NCBI GenBank assembly: GCA_964016885.1
Contig: OZ024740.1
Span: 351,416,001-351,480,000, forward strand
From: Eledone cirrhosa
Taxonomy: Eukaryota
DNA: 64,000 bases
Direction: 5' to 3'
Under the pieces are notes generated by a model, which had not been told where the DNA came from, ran no database searches, and saw only the letters and a program-made list of their open reading frames with translations. Each line of letters starts with the position of its first letter. Position 1 is the first letter of the stretch. The translations under genes were made by a program, and so were the position numbers. Shown here one piece after another: positions 1-13,304 of this stretch.

Positions 1-131
1 ATATGTATATATATGTATATGTATATATATATGTATATATGTAGGAGGTGAGTTTTATTTAAAACTGCATTATTTTTTATTTAAAACTGCACTATCCACA
101 AGTGTTTTTTAACCTTCATATCATGTCTTCC

Positions 132-202
132 TATTTTATCTGATGAAAACACAAATATTATTGCATGATGATATTTGTTTTTGAAATGCGCATAATAAAA
201 TA
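132..202 (+). ncRNA. Type I hammerhead ribozyme motif
   Basis: Stem I TATTTTAT/ATAAAATA; CTGATGA (140-146); stem II AAACACAAATAT...ATATTTGTTTTT; GAAA (183-186); palindromic stem III A-TGCGCA-T; cleavage triplet AUA. Lies between (TA)n tracts; homologous to 30691-30760. Confidence 0.85.
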
Positions 203-233
203 CATGGAACTCTTTTAACCATCTTTTGTTCTT

Positions 234-492
<259 letters not shown>

Positions 493-495
493 TCT

Positions 496-548
496 GTTAG
501 AACACGAAAAGTGTGAAACAACAGAATGTTCACTTTTCGTGTTCTAAC
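496..548. repeat. 18-bp inverted repeat, possible Helentron subterminal repeat
   Basis: GTTAGAACACGAAAAGTG ... CACTTTTCGTGTTCTAAC; loosely resembles the CATTTTTCATGTCTAGT end at 5312. Confidence 0.5.
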
Positions 549-643
549 ATATATGGGTAACTTCTTCATAAATTTTCCGGGGATAGCCGTGGTGGTGGTG
601 ATCGTATGTCATTGGCTAATTTTCAACCAATCAGAGTAAGTGT

Positions 644-685
<42 letters not shown>

Positions 686-2084
686 TATTCCCCCTCTCTA
701 TATATATATATCTTACGCTTTCGCTTTACACTCCTCCCCTTCAATAACACATTTCCCCCTCTCTATATATCTCTTATACTGTTACACTTATATTTCCATT
801 TATTTATTACCCCCTCTCTCTATATCTCTTCCACTGTTACTTACGCCTGTTTCTCTCTATCTGTTCCGTCTCTATATATATCTCTCTTACTCTTTCGCTT
901 TGCACTCCTCCCCTTCAATACCATCTCTCCCCTTCTCTATATATTTGTTACTCTATCGCTGCACGCTCCTCTCCTTCAATATATCAATTACACACTTACG
1001 CTGTACACTCCTTTATCTCCAGCGCCCCTATATATACACCCACCCCCCGCATCTATATTTTAATGTTCCGTTGCACCGTGAATATATGTGTCTATATATA
1101 TATACATATATATTGTATAGACACATTCATGTATGTGTATACACACTCATGTATGTATATACACTGGTTTTATGTGTGTATTGTAAATTTGTACTGTTAA
1201 AACACGAAACTAACATTCGATTGACACTTTGATTACCTGTACAGGCAATAGTTATTAGAATGCTGTTGAAGTGTGTATATATTTTTGGGGGACATTCTGT
1301 ATATACACACATTATATATAATACAATAAACAGATAAATACACACATATATATATGAGCTTATTTAATTATAAATATTGTGAATTTTTAACTCAGTTCAA
1401 TTATATATATAAATGGCTTCTACAGGACTAGAACTGTTTCATTCGAAAGAAATCATCATAATATTGAGAGGGGGGACTAGATAAAATATTTCAAATCAAA
1501 TGTGTATAAGTTATAAGTTAAAATGTATAAATAGAGACGATAGTGGAGGTATATCTGTTTAGTGGAACAGTAGACGATAGAATTAAATACAGACGAGAAT
1601 CTCCCTTTAATGAAACAGCAGACGATAGAATTAAGGCAATTTAAATTTTAAGCATTTGCATTTTTGCCTTTCATTGTTACGGGGTCGATAAAATAAAGTA
1701 CCAGTAATACACTGTCACTATAAGTAGACGACTTTCAAATTGAATTGTTGGTTCCATTTCTTTAGTATTTTCAATTGTAGTTATCTACTTAAAAAGCGTT
1801 ACACGGTTAGAGACATAATTGGTAAGTTATATCTTCCCTATTAAACCATTGCATTATTTCGCCTACAATAGAACAAAAATGAAATGTTCTTTAAAGAAAC
1901 AGAAATATAACTTTATAAAAAAAAAAGTTGCATCCGCTTCTTTTATCATTGATAATTTTTTCGTTTTAATATTAATTGTTTTTTGTAGTTGTTTATATTA
2001 AAAATCTTACTGTAATATTTACTTAAACGAAGGCAGACATCTAAACTTATAGATTAATCTTGAGCGAAGGACTAGATAAATAAA

Positions 2085-2145
<61 letters not shown>

Positions 2146-2149
<4 letters not shown>

Positions 2150-2364
2150 GAAGAATGATAAAATTTCAAGCAAAGAGTTTAATTAGGTAATGACTTACAA
2201 ATTTGTTTCAGTATATATTTAATATAATATTAATATATTTTGTTAATATATTTTATTAACTAATTATTATAATTAGCGCTTCAGGCTTTGTCTATATACT
2301 GAAACAAATTTGTAAGTCATTACCTAATTAAACTCTTTGTTTGAAATTTTATCACTCTTCGTTT
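2146..2364. mobile_element. Fold-back (inverted) PLE pseudo-LTR fragment next to (TA)n
   Basis: About 72-bp inverted arms 2146-2217/2293-2364; contains the half-hammerhead GAAA-CAAATTTG-TA but no CTGANGA (truncated). Confidence 0.6.
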
Positions 2365-2643
2365 TGAATTTCTCCTAAGTATTCAATACTCTGTTGAGAA
2401 ATACATTTTACATAAACAGTCTTTGTACCATTTATACGGTATTAATTACTTATATTTATATATATATATATATATAGCGTATGATTAGAACTGTGTTTAT
2501 TATTAATATTTTAATGGATTTAATGAAAAATTTTAGGTGTTCATATATATATTCTAAAAATGCGCGAAATCGTGAATCCGCGATAGTTGAACCGCCAAGT
2601 AGCGAGGTATCACTGTATATATGTTTAAATATATAGTGTAGCT

Positions 2644-4269
2644 GTGATGTATCTCGCGAGTGAATCGAGACCTGTCACTGATTTTGGTGTCCCCACTGCC
2701 GATGTGAATGAGCAACGCTGCACTTGTGAATTGGGTCTTGATGTTGCAGGCAGTTCATATACTTACAATGATGCGGTCCCACAAGCTTGTTCACATTCCT
2801 GTGCTAATAATCTAGATGGGCGTATTAAATTGGATGTGAAAGCAGCTTACCGGATGCGGAATCGGGAGAAGTTGAGACAAAAACAGGCCGATTATAGAGC
2901 TGTGAATTTTGCTAAATTAACACAAAAACAGGCCAAGTATAGATGTTCAAAACGGTATGAGTTGGCAAACAAGAAGGCCAAGTATAGATCTGCAAATTCA
3001 GCTATTATATCTCAAAAGCAAGCCGAGCGTAGAGCTTCTAAACGTACCGAGTTGGCTAAAGAGCAGACCAAGTACAGATCTGCAAATCAAGACAAAGTAT
3101 TACAAACAAAGGCTATGTATAAAATTCACCATAAAGATAATATACAGTCTTATGAGAAAACATACTATAAAAAAAAGTTTCTTCATAAGCGGTCTTTGTA
3201 TCAAATGAAGAAACTAAATAAAATGGTTGACTTCCGGATGCAGCATCAGATCTTGATGTACAAATTTGTTAAGTCATATAAAAAGACAATAACAGATACC
3301 AATCTTCGCAACGACGCACATAGTCACGTGCTGAGTGTGTTCTCCAGATCTGTTGGGATGCGAAATTTTGTGTGTGCTCAATTAAAAATAAATGTTAAAG
3401 CTGTGCATACATTGATGGAAAAGGTCAATGCTAACGGTTTGTTGCATTATTGGGGAAATCAACATTATCACAGTTCCACCAATGAGCTTCCTAATTTTGA
3501 CAAGAGCACTGCAAAGTACATGAAAATGGATGAGTTTAAAAATCAGTCCGTTGAGAAAGTCCGAATAGTCGTTATCAATAATGAGGAGACAGACAACATT
3601 GTGAATGACATGGCTAATGCTGACGAGCAGAATGATGATAATGATGTGTCTAAATGTTTGGTTAGACCTTGCGGGTCTTCCATATTAGATACATGTCCAA
3701 ATGACTCAGCTGCTCATCTAACTTTGTGCCAAAGAATTGATGATAAACTTCCAAAACTCAATCCCGATATGACAGTTGCTGAAATAAGGCAGTTGATCGA
3801 GAAATATGAGTTTTGCAATGTTACTCATGATAATGATCAGCACTGCATCGGTCAAACTGGCTGCACCAGTGAATTTGGCTTTTTAAAATCCATAGCAGTT
3901 CACTCGCCAAAGTTGCGCACATTGCTGAGGAAAATTTATAAAGTTCGGTCCTTATGTATTTGGCTCAACAAGTACAATGAAACTGTTTTCAATGGCGATT
4001 GGACCAACTTTGAGAATTTGACAGACGTTGCCAACATTGAGCGTGCTATTGCAGTTAAATTCAATAATATGTGCACTGGTTTCAATGATGTCGAACACAC
4101 TGATGCAGATGTCATTCATAAATATGGTAATCAAGTTCAAAGATTTCAATCTGAAATTACCAACTATAAAATCCAACATTGTCATATCTGCAAACTGCGC
4201 AAATATAGCAAGGAACTAAAAGTTTGGGATAATTGGAACTCTAGATATTTTATAATAACAATTACATAA
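2644..4269 (+). CDS. 541-aa ORF, probable N-terminal region of a Helentron/Helitron2 Rep-helicase protein
   Basis: Long uninterrupted ORF with about 7 basic 15-aa repeats (QKQADYRAVNFAKLT, QKQAKYRCSKRYELA, NKKAKYRSANSAIIS...), a Cys/His-rich block (CIGQTGCTSEF..HSPKLRTLL) and FQSEI...HCHICKLR, which resembles the F-x3-I-x6-CxxC motif upstream of Rep in Helentrons. Rep and helicase domains are absent. Confidence 0.5.
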   Translation: MMYLASESRPVTDFGVPTADVNEQRCTCELGLDVAGSSYTYNDAVPQACSHSCANNLDGRIKLDVKAAYRMRNREKLRQKQADYRAVNFAKLTQKQAKYRCSKRYELANKKAKYRSANSAIISQKQAERRASKRTELAKEQTKYRSANQDKVLQTKAMYKIHHKDNIQSYEKTYYKKKFLHKRSLYQMKKLNKMVDFRMQHQILMYKFVKSYKKTITDTNLRNDAHSHVLSVFSRSVGMRNFVCAQLKINVKAVHTLMEKVNANGLLHYWGNQHYHSSTNELPNFDKSTAKYMKMDEFKNQSVEKVRIVVINNEETDNIVNDMANADEQNDDNDVSKCLVRPCGSSILDTCPNDSAAHLTLCQRIDDKLPKLNPDMTVAEIRQLIEKYEFCNVTHDNDQHCIGQTGCTSEFGFLKSIAVHSPKLRTLLRKIYKVRSLCIWLNKYNETVFNGDWTNFENLTDVANIERAIAVKFNNMCTGFNDVEHTDADVIHKYGNQVQRFQSEITNYKIQHCHICKLRKYSKELKVWDNWNSRYFIITIT

Positions 4270-4356
4270 TCTAATTACATTACAACGATAATTTATTATT
4301 AATATATATCCTGTTTAACTAGAGTTATTACAAGCGTTGCCTTAAAAAAATATTAA

Positions 4357-6248
<1,892 letters not shown>

Positions 6249-6467
6249 CGACTCGGAAATATCTCTTTCTTAGAGCTATTTTGTTGTAAGAGACTATTTT
6301 GAGTTCCTAACTCATTATATACCTTTGTATATATATATATATATGAATATAGACATAGAATATTCGAAAATATTCTGTATGTTTATAATAAACATTTTGA
6401 AGACCTAATCGCTATAGAATAGAATACGTCACGTATTACAATTAGATTCTCGATAAAAGCAAGGGAA

Positions 6468-6510
6468 GTAATCTACGCGTTTCATTCTCGTTAGAAATCA
6501 TCAGGACTAC
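6468..6510 (-). ncRNA. Minimal type I hammerhead ribozyme (also at 6778-6820, 7088-7130)
   Basis: Exact reverse complement of 7249-7291. Confidence 0.92.
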
Positions 6511-7248
6511 ATATCCAGTGCTTTTATCGAGAATGACACAGCTAGAGACTTATAGAATACTTAGCTGTGTACAGGAACTGGTTTGAAAGAGCGGTTGCCG
6601 GTCCGGCAGAAATTAGAAATTGGAATAAATGCTCTGAAATAGCGATATATATGTGAATATAGACATAGAATATTCGAAAATATTCTGTATGTTTATAATA
6701 AACATTTTGAAGACCTAATCGCTATAGAATAGAATACGTCACGTATTACAATTAGATTCTCGATAAAAGCAAGGGAAGTAATCTACGCGTTTCATTCTCG
6801 TTAGAAATCATCAGGACTACATATCCAGTGCTTTTATCGAGAATGACACAGCTAGAGACTTATAGAATACTTAGCTGTGTACAGGAACTGGTTTGAAAGA
6901 GCGGTTGCCGGTCCGGCAGAAATTAGAAATTGGAATAAATGCTCTGAAATAGCGATATATATGTGAATATAGACATAGAATATTCGAAAATATTCTGTAT
7001 GTTTATAATAAACATTTTGAAGACCTAATCGCTATAGAATAGAATACGTCACGTATTACAATTAGATTCTCGATAAAAGCAAGGGAAGTAATCTACGCGT
7101 TTCATTCTCGTTAGAAATCATCAGGACTACATATCCAGTGCTTTTATCGAGAATGACACAGCTAGAGACTTATCAAACCAGTTCCTGTACACAGCTAAGT
7201 ATTCTATAAGTCTCTAGCTGTGTCATTCTCGATAAAAGCACTGGATAT

Positions 7249-7291
7249 GTAGTCCTGATGATTTCTAACGAGAATGAAACGCGTAGATTAC
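7249..7291 (+). ncRNA. Minimal type I hammerhead ribozyme (also at 7559-7601, 7869-7911, 8179-8221)
   Basis: GTAGTC-CTGATGA-tTTCT aacg AGAAt-GAAA-CGCG-TA-GATTAC; predicted cleavage after GUA (A7285); stem III is the palindrome ACGCGT. Confidence 0.92.
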
Positions 7292-8378
7292 TTCCCTTGC
7301 TTTTATCGAGAATCTAATTGTAATACGTGACGTATTCTATTCTATAGCGATTAGGTCTTCAAAATGTTTATTATAAACATACAGAATATTTTCGAATATT
7401 CTATGTCTATATTCACATATATATCGCTATTTCAGAGCATTTATTCCAATTTCTAATTTCTGCCGGACCGGCAACCGCTCTTTCAAACCAGTTCCTGTAC
7501 ACAGCTAAGTATTCTATAAGTCTCTAGCTGTGTCATTCTCGATAAAAGCACTGGATATGTAGTCCTGATGATTTCTAACGAGAATGAAACGCGTAGATTA
7601 CTTCCCTTGCTTTTATCGAGAATCTAATTGTAATACGTGACGTATTCTATTCTATAGCGATTAGGTCTTCAAAATGTTTATTATAAACATACAGAATATT
7701 TTCGAATATTCTATGTCTATATTCACATATATATCGCTATTTCAGAGCATTTATTCCAATTTCTAATTTCTGCCGGACCGGCAACCGCTCTTTCAAACCA
7801 GTTCCTGTACACAGCTAAGTATTCTATAAGTCTCTAGCTGTGTCATTCTCGATAAAAGCACTGGATATGTAGTCCTGATGATTTCTAACGAGAATGAAAC
7901 GCGTAGATTACTTCCCTTGCTTTTATCGAGAATCTAATTGTAATACGTGACGTATTCTATTCTATAGCGATTAGGTCTTCAAAATGTTTATTATAAACAT
8001 ACAGAATATTTTCGAATATTCTATGTCTATATTCACATATATATCGCTATTTCAGAGCATTTATTCCAATTTCTAATTTCTGCCGGACCGGCAACCGCTC
8101 TTTCAAACCAGTTCCTGTACACAGCTAAGTATTCTATAAGTCTCTAGCTGTGTCATTCTCGATAAAAGCACTGGATATGTAGTCCTGATGATTTCTAACG
8201 AGAATGAAACGCGTAGATTACTTCCCTTGCTTTTATCGAGAATCTAATTGTAATACGTGACGTATTCTATTCTATAGCGATTAGGTCTTCAAAATGTTTA
8301 TTATAAACATACAGAATATTTTCGAATATTCTATGTCTATATTCACATATATATCGCTATTTCAGAGCATTTATTCCA

Positions 8379-8424
<46 letters not shown>

Positions 8425-8431
<7 letters not shown>

Positions 8432-9043
8432 GGGAAGAAAGAGGAAAACTGCTAATTTTATAATATGTAACCCATGTGCAACCACGCAGTTTTCCTCTTT
8501 CTTCCCATGTTTTTTATACATATTTACCTCGACTGTGATTGTCTGTTTCTCTATTTCTGCTCCCCCGTTCTCTCTGTTTCTCTCACCTTCTTTCGCCCCC
8601 TCTGTCAGTTACACTTTCTCTCGACTGACCTCTTCCTCGCACTTCCACTCACTCACTCTCTGTGTCTCCCCTTCTCACTTCCTCCCGTTCGTTAGTAGTG
8701 GGATTCTTTCTTTCTCACATCTCATTCACGTCGAACGGTCTGTTTTCTGACCGCTCATGAAATTCACCCAGTTTATGCTGATCGGATAACCATCATGTTG
8801 CTTGCTTTTTTCCTACCTTCGGTTTGCTTTTCCTTCTATGTTGTTTACTTGTCTCACTCGCTTTACGCGATTCACTTGTCCCAATAGCTTATTTTAGTTA
8901 TTGCTCGCACCAACCTGAGGTATATGATTTTTAATGCGATGAAATACCAATGATGGTTGGCAAATCACTGATGAGGGACTAATTTTATAATATGTAACCC
9001 ATCTGCAACCATGCAGTTTTCCTCTTTCTTCCCATGTTTTTTT
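8425..9043 (+). mobile_element. ~528-bp non-coding unit with terminal direct repeat and short 5' inversion (PLE pLTR/retrozyme-like)
   Basis: CTAATTTTATAATATGTAACCCAT...CCCATGTTTTTT at about 8452-8515 and 8979-9043; 28-bp inverted copy at 8425-8452; (TA)n on both sides; homologous to 57253-58087. Confidence 0.7.
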
Positions 9044-9216
9044 TATATATATATATATATATACATAAATATATATATATATATATATATACACATAAAT
9101 ATATATATACATAAATATATATATATATATATATACACATAAATATATATATACATAAATATATATATATATATACGATATTAAACAAATGGAAACTATA
9201 TTTATAAAACCATATT

Positions 9217-9282
9217 TATTTCGTTATATATATTTCAGGGATATCATATTAAAAATATGGTATGCCTTCCTCAGACAAAATA
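9217..9282 (-). ncRNA. Type I hammerhead ribozyme motif
   Basis: Minus strand: TATTTTGT-CTGAGGA-aggcATACCATATT..AATATGATATccct-GAAA-TATATA-TA-ACGAAATA. Confidence 0.8.
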
Positions 9283-10535
9283 CAATACATAAGCTGTTTT
9301 ATAAATAATTATTGACATACCTTATAATAATAATGCAACTTCCATTTAAAAAGTTGATTTGGTAGTGAAACTGTTATGACAGTTATATAGAAAGAAAAAC
9401 GAAGATGAGAAGAAGAAGATGAAGAGATGTATGTAAATAAAAAAAAGAAGATGAAGAGATGTATGTAAAGATAAACAACAGAGCGAGATAGAGAGACAAG
9501 GAGATATGGGAGAGAGAAATACATTGAGGAAGTGAAAAAATATAGTAGGCAGCTTTTGGACAGATGATCATCGTATATGTGAGAGGTTAAGGAGGGAAGG
9601 TATACAGTTAAACTAGCCGACACATAAATCACGTCCAGTGTATAGGAGAAAAAGAAATAAAGATGATATATTTAAAATATATTAAAAATATATTATGTCT
9701 CATCCATTTGAATTATCAATTTTTATTAATTAGGTATTATAATGTAAATATCAGTATTCATGAATGAGACACATATCCATAATGTGTGAAAAAGATGACC
9801 ACATGCTTAGTTTAAAAATTCTTAGGTCTATAAGCAAAATCTGAGATAAAACTTCAAACATAAGTATATATGCATTCTCGTGAAAAAAGAAAAGGAGAAA
9901 AGAGAAGGTAATCTCAAATTCAAGTTGATAAATATAGACACACATGTGAACCTACGTGATATGCTCCACAAATTCTTATATTTCATGAAAAACTTCATTG
10001 CGTTACAAAAGATTCCACCCTACATACATTTACATACATATATACATATATATAGACATAAAATATATAAGATATACATTAACATTTAAAATAACATTCC
10101 AGCCTCACTTGCATGATTATCGATCAAGCATAGAGTAGACAACAGATATCAATATTAAAAATTAAAAACGCCAAGAATATCTTCGTCACTCCACAGAGTA
10201 TCTAGGGACGCAAGAGAACATAGTATGCCACGCATATCGGTCACATAAAATCAAAATCAAAAGCAAACAAAACCAAAATTGTTCACCAAGCCTTATTTAG
10301 CAGAAATCAATCAAAACTTATTCTACAAATGCTCTTATATTTATTATAGAAGTTTATCCAGCTTAAACATTTATTCAAAAGATTGGGGACAACGCCAATT
10401 TTAGGGTAGTTTATTTAATCTCATTAATTATATATTCATGCAGAAAGGTTTTTAAAAAAATTGAAGGAATCGAAAGATTTATCTCCAAGTTTCATAAATA
10501 GTTAAATATCTTAAGTAAATATACTACATTTTATA

Positions 10536-11204
10536 CTACATTTTAAATTTATATTTATATTTAAAAGTTGAGTTCAATCTATGTCTGCAGCAGCTGAATA
10601 AATTGGTTCGTAAATTAAGGGAATTTTTAGATTTTAGTATAAAGAATATCTCCTCCGCGCAGAGGTCACATGTCTCAGAAGAGGAATTAAAAGGAATCCC
10701 TTTTGAGACTATATTCCAAACCATCGAATATCCAACTTTATCATGCTTAAGTTGCCAGAGTAACCCTGACAGCGATGTTGAAGATTTTTTATTTGGATCC
10801 GTGAAAGAATTTTTGTGATTATTATAGCGAAGTTTAAATTCTGTCGAGGTGGAACCAACATAATTAAAAGAATTTAAATCAGTTCTAACATTACAGTTGT
10901 ATATTATATTTTTAACTAAGCAATTGTTATTTAGCGGACATTTAGATCTATCTCTACAGTTACAGTTTTTTACTTGAATATTGTTTAGGCTATTTTCGGT
11001 ATTTTGGCTAGGTTTTAGATTCCTATTATTTATTCTATTAATATTCTGTGCTAAATTTTTGGTGGACGAGTACGTTAATTTTATAGTATGTCTATTGAAA
11101 ATTGAGTGATACTTATGTGTTCTAGGGAAGCGTTTGTCAAGAGCATTAAAAAATAGTTTAGCGATGTGGGTTTTAATGTTTAGTGAGAAGGGGGGGGGGG
11201 GCAA
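10536..11204 (-). CDS. PLE linker + GIY-YIG endonuclease (frameshifted from RT at the G12 run 11190-11201)
   Basis: CNCRDRSKC (CxCx5C), NIIY...YVGSTSTEFKLRYNNH, CDLCAEE, LN.R.N...CRH. Confidence 0.9.
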   Translation of the reverse strand: MPPPPFSLNIKTHIAKLFFNALDKRFPRTHKYHSIFNRHTIKLTYSSTKNLAQNINRINNRNLKPSQNTENSLNNIQVKNCNCRDRSKCPLNNNCLVKNIIYNCNVRTDLNSFNYVGSTSTEFKLRYNNHKNSFTDPNKKSSTSLSGLLWQLKHDKVGYSMVWNIVSKGIPFNSSSETCDLCAEEIFFILKSKNSLNLRTNLFSCCRHRLNSTFKYKYKFKM

Positions 11205-12111
11205 ACCAAATTATATTTCTAGTTCTATTTCTTTTCTGGTTTTTGAAATTATTGTAGTGCTTTCTATTATAGTTGTTAAAGTTGTTACTGTAATTAAAAT
11301 TGTTGTTATTTTGGTTAGTTTGTCTATTATCGATGTACATAATTTTATCACTATATCCTGCTCTAGCTAAAGCTTCATTATAATACTGGGCTTTTTCGTC
11401 AAAAATATTTTTATTGGAAGAGATTCTAGAGATACGTTTTTGAACAGAGTTCACTATAGTATTTTTGACAGATCTGGGGTGATTGGAGCTAAAATTGACA
11501 TAATTCAAGTTTTCATTTAACTTGTGAAATGGATAGTGAAGACATGTGTTGAGATTAAATGTTACGTCTAGGAAATTGACTATTCTATGGTTAATCTCAA
11601 TTTCTATTTTTAGATTAAGGTAATTAAAAAATTGTATAATTTGTTTTCTTTTCTTATTTAGTTCAGAGTTATTATTTTCAATAAGTAAAAGCATGTCATC
11701 TCTATATAAACCTCCGGTAACACCGGGTATTTTCCTATGCAGCGAATTAATTATAAATAGGCCCACAAGGTCCGTTACCTGAGCTGAGTCTGATGATCCC
11801 ATAGTAATGTCAAAATTATTATCTCTATCTGCCCTAGTCCATAGTTGGTTATTAAATTCTATCAAAGTTTTCCTTGCCGATAATATAATGTGCATTTCAT
11901 TGCTAGTTAGGTCTGTATGCTTGAATGCGTAATTTAGTGCCTTATTTAGTAGATTAGGGGTAATGGATGAATAGTAGTTAGCAATATCTAGTTGAATAAA
12001 TTTATTATTATTGTTATATTTAATTTCATTAAACCACTCAATGACCTCCCCAGTTCCCTTCCACAAGGTCAAGCCAGGTAAACAATTCAAGTCCTTAATT
12101 TGCTGTATCAC
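11173..12111 (-). CDS. PLE reverse transcriptase (partial)
   Basis: LDIANYYSSI, FDITMGSSDSA, GLYRDDML, NFLDVTFNL, SNHP, IIWFAPP; homology extends upstream to about 12170 ([14 protein letters not shown]). Confidence 0.92.
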   Translation of the reverse strand: MIQQIKDLNCLPGLTLWKGTGEVIEWFNEIKYNNNNKFIQLDIANYYSSITPNLLNKALNYAFKHTDLTSNEMHIILSARKTLIEFNNQLWTRADRDNNFDITMGSSDSAQVTDLVGLFIINSLHRKIPGVTGGLYRDDMLLLIENNNSELNKKRKQIIQFFNYLNLKIEIEINHRIVNFLDVTFNLNTCLHYPFHKLNENLNYVNFSSNHPRSVKNTIVNSVQKRISRISSNKNIFDEKAQYYNEALARAGYSDKIMYIDNRQTNQNNNNFNYSNNFNNYNRKHYNNFKNQKRNRTRNIIWFAPPPLLTKH

Positions 12112-12208
12112 TCTGTCTAGAATGTACTTGCTAAGTTTACCCAGGTCAGATTTTGATGGTATAAAATATTTACTCGTTGTAACCCAACAATCTTAAATAA
12201 AACTTTTG

Positions 12209-12614
<406 letters not shown>

Positions 12615-13304
12615 CACAGAGATATCCATGGTAAGTTGTGGGGTCTATTCTGCATGAAGAACTCAATGTAATCCATATGTTGAAAATGTTGTAGGTTAAA
12701 ATAAATCCCGTAAAACAATAAAACATTAAAAGGAAAACAGAGTCATGACATAAGTTAAAACAATGAAATAAAAAATCAAGTAATTAGAGATATACTTCAC
12801 AGCTTTACGATCGTTTCTAGGTGATGATAATGCATCGTAACTATACTTCGTTATCGATCTATGTAAGGTTAGTTACAAACTATCAGATAAGGAGAATATT
12901 TACTTACATGCATATCACCAGCTGTTGTCAAAAGCAATAATAATTTTATTAAAAATTATAGTAAATTAGTATTATGTTTAGTTCTATGACTTTATTTGGA
13001 GGTAGTTAAAGACCTAACCAATCAGATTGTTTTTTCATATGATGTTAAGATGAAAAATAATTCACTTTAGTTGAGGTCATGACTCTTTGAAAGGAATGGT
13101 TGAATGGTGTTAATAATAGAATTGCCATAAAAAATCTATTAGGAGGGAAGGGATTGTCAAATTGATAGTTGAATGTATAGTGAAGTTTAAAAGGAATGTA
13201 AAAATTAAATGTTGAGTTGTGTTGTATGGAGTTTTTAGGTGAATATAAATTAAGGTCATGGCTAGGAAAGATAGTATATTAAAAGATGAAAATTATAATA
13301 AGAT

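Larger units (their letters stand above)
6344..8385. mobile_element. Retrozyme-like 310-bp tandem array with central inversion, inserted in (TA)n
   Basis: Units start at 6344, 6654 and 6964 (about 2.7 copies, ribozyme on minus), then invert at 7173/7174 with units at 7174, 7484, 7794 and 8104 (about 3.9 copies, ribozyme on plus). Copies look identical by eye, are non-coding, and carry one hammerhead per unit. Confidence 0.9.
9176..12196 (-). mobile_element. 5'-truncated Penelope-like retroelement, Hydra-type clade
   Basis: RT plus C-terminal GIY-YIG with a CxCx5C linker; bounded by (TA)n arrays; hammerhead near the 3' end. Extent of the 3' UTR (9176-10535) is inferred. Confidence 0.75.

Noticed and set aside
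606-1232. 208-aa ORF
   Set aside because: Low-complexity CT/TA-rich repeats with no domain signal.
1420-1460. Hammerhead-like motif shared with 56740-56785
   Set aside because: Core truncated or mutated (ATGATGA, CTGGTGA) and stem I cannot be built; counted only as a decayed remnant.
12790-12930. GAAACGATCGTA half-hammerhead on the minus strand
   Set aside because: Nearest core is CTGGTGA about 100 nt away with inconsistent stem I; not supportable.
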